Assembly: GCA_963826715.1 (NCBI GenBank) | Contig: CAWGYA010000007.1 | Coordinates: 1 to 64,000, forward strand | DNA: 64,000 bases | DNA from: Candidatus Bathyarchaeota archaeon | GTDB taxonomy: Archaea; Thermoproteota; Bathyarchaeia; Bathyarchaeales; Bathycorpusculaceae | Direction of reading: 5' to 3' | Shown here: positions 62,888 through 64,000 of the stretch, piece by piece | Position numbering within the stretch: the first letter of the stretch is position 1 | Layout: the number at the start of each line of letters is the position of its first letter | Notes under the pieces: model-generated | Seen by the model: only the letters and a program-made list of their open reading frames with translations | The model's database searches: none | Told to the model about the DNA's origin: nothing | Made by a program: the position numbers and the translations under genes

Positions 62888-63360
62888 ACCTGCAGAAAGG
62901 CACAGCTCCATCGGTGCAGGCAATTTAGACTTTGAGTTAAAAGAAACCAGTAGAGACGAAGTCGGCGAGTTATCCCATGCCTTCAATCAGATGACTGCTA
63001 ATTGTAAAGCTACAACTTCATCCAAGTCAGATTTGGAAAAGCTCGTTGAAAAACGAAGTAAACAACTTAAGGATGCGGAGCGCTTAGCGGCTATTGGTGC
63101 TACTGCAGGTATGGTTGGGCATGATATCCGTAATCCACTGCAGGCTATCGTTAGCGATTTGTTTTTGGCGAGGCAAGAAGCGGATGATATGCCTCAGGGT
63201 GAATCAAAAGAAGGCCTGATTGAGAGCCTTAATTCGTTTGAAAACCACGTTTTTACATTAACAAGATAGTTCAAGACCTTCAAGACTATGCCAGACCGCT
63301 TAATCCAGCGGCAACAGAAACTAACTTGAAAACTGCAATTCAGGATATTTTAGCTATTTC
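62888..63360 (+). pseudogene. HAMP + HisKA histidine kinase fragment
   Basis: IGAGNLD......DEVGELSHAFNQM (HAMP) and RLAAIGATAGMVGHDIRNPLQAI (H-box). It is frameshifted before INKIVQDLQDYARPL, and no HATPase domain follows. Confidence 0.8.
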
Positions 63361-63607
63361 TGACCCGAAAAAGCAGGAGAAAGCATTGCAGGCATTCAAC
63401 AAACTATGCAATACACTTGGAAACTCTGGTTTGGAATCTATCAAGTCATAATGTTGTGGGTAGGTGGGAGGGAATGGCTGAGTTTACATCAAACGCATCT
63501 TCTCCCCAAGGCATATTTGGCACCAAAAACCGGGTCAAAATTTTGTAAGCCAGAGTCACAAGATGACTCTGCCGGCACCAGTCCCCTATGCCCACAATGT
63601 AGCTCAA

Positions 63608-64000
63608 GGAGTAACTTGGAAAAAACCAATTTACCAAGCCGTAAAAAAGCTACCCTTCATACCAACTAAAAAGGAACTAAACAACTTAATCGCCGGATGC
63701 AACAGAAAAACCGCAGTATTTCTTCAGCTACTCAAAGAAACAGGCATGCGTTGCGGAGAAGCTTTCATGTTCCAATGGACCGACTTTGACTTCGAAAATA
63801 AAATCGTCAACATTACTCAAGAAAAAGGAAGCGACCCACGCCAACTCAGAATAACCCTGCGACTCATCATGATGCTAAACAACCTACTACAAAACAAACC
63901 CAAACCATTTGAATGCTCCCACAGACATTTCTCACGAACCTTTAGGAACCAACGAAAAAAAGTAGCTAGCAAACTAAAAAACGATAGAATACTGAAAATC
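63608..64000 (+). mobile_element. Tyrosine recombinase/integrase catalytic-domain fragment, running off the window end
   Basis: GVTWKKPIY...KLPFIPT..EL..LIAGC..KTA.FLQLLKETGMRCGEA...W.D.D...EKGS.PR. No in-frame start or core-binding domain lies upstream. Confidence 0.8.

Noticed and set aside
63450-63580. Possible tRNA/att site next to the integrase
   Set aside because: No cloverleaf or TTCRA T-loop and no direct repeat seen in the window.

Overview
Archaeal genomic window, most likely Bathyarchaeia. This is inferred from gene style: PQQ and NosD-repeat surface proteins with Thr/Pro linkers and C-terminal anchors, TATA-box promoters, GGTGA/GGAGG ribosome-binding sites, and the integrase type at the right edge. 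Bases ~1-25,300 form a defence island. It holds a stand-alone NurA-HerA pair, a frameshifted TIGR02757/DUF2400 + PD-(D/E)xK gene, a HAD hydrolase, a beta-CASP nuclease, a DUF2075 helicase-nuclease and an HNH-like protein. Its centre is a 13-kb co-oriented BREX-like cluster of atypical architecture: brxA-like, brxB/F-like, brxC (DUF6079-like), PglXI-type methyltransferase, HARE-HTH protein, pglZ, protease-less brxL, and a second brxA-like gene. The methyltransferase and the HARE-HTH protein share a gap-free 73-aa C-terminal module. The rest of the window contains surface and stress genes, a CBS-HPF hibernation-factor-like gene and a non-oxidative pentose phosphate cluster. It also contains a membrane-anchored wHTH regulator with three identically spaced palindromic sites, a second promoter motif shared by stress genes, several pseudogenes and a broken tyrosine integrase at the right edge. 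Many single-base frameshifts, several in homopolymer runs, suggest assembly indel errors. No rRNA, tRNA or CRISPR array was found. All family assignments are by eye from motifs; no database search was run.
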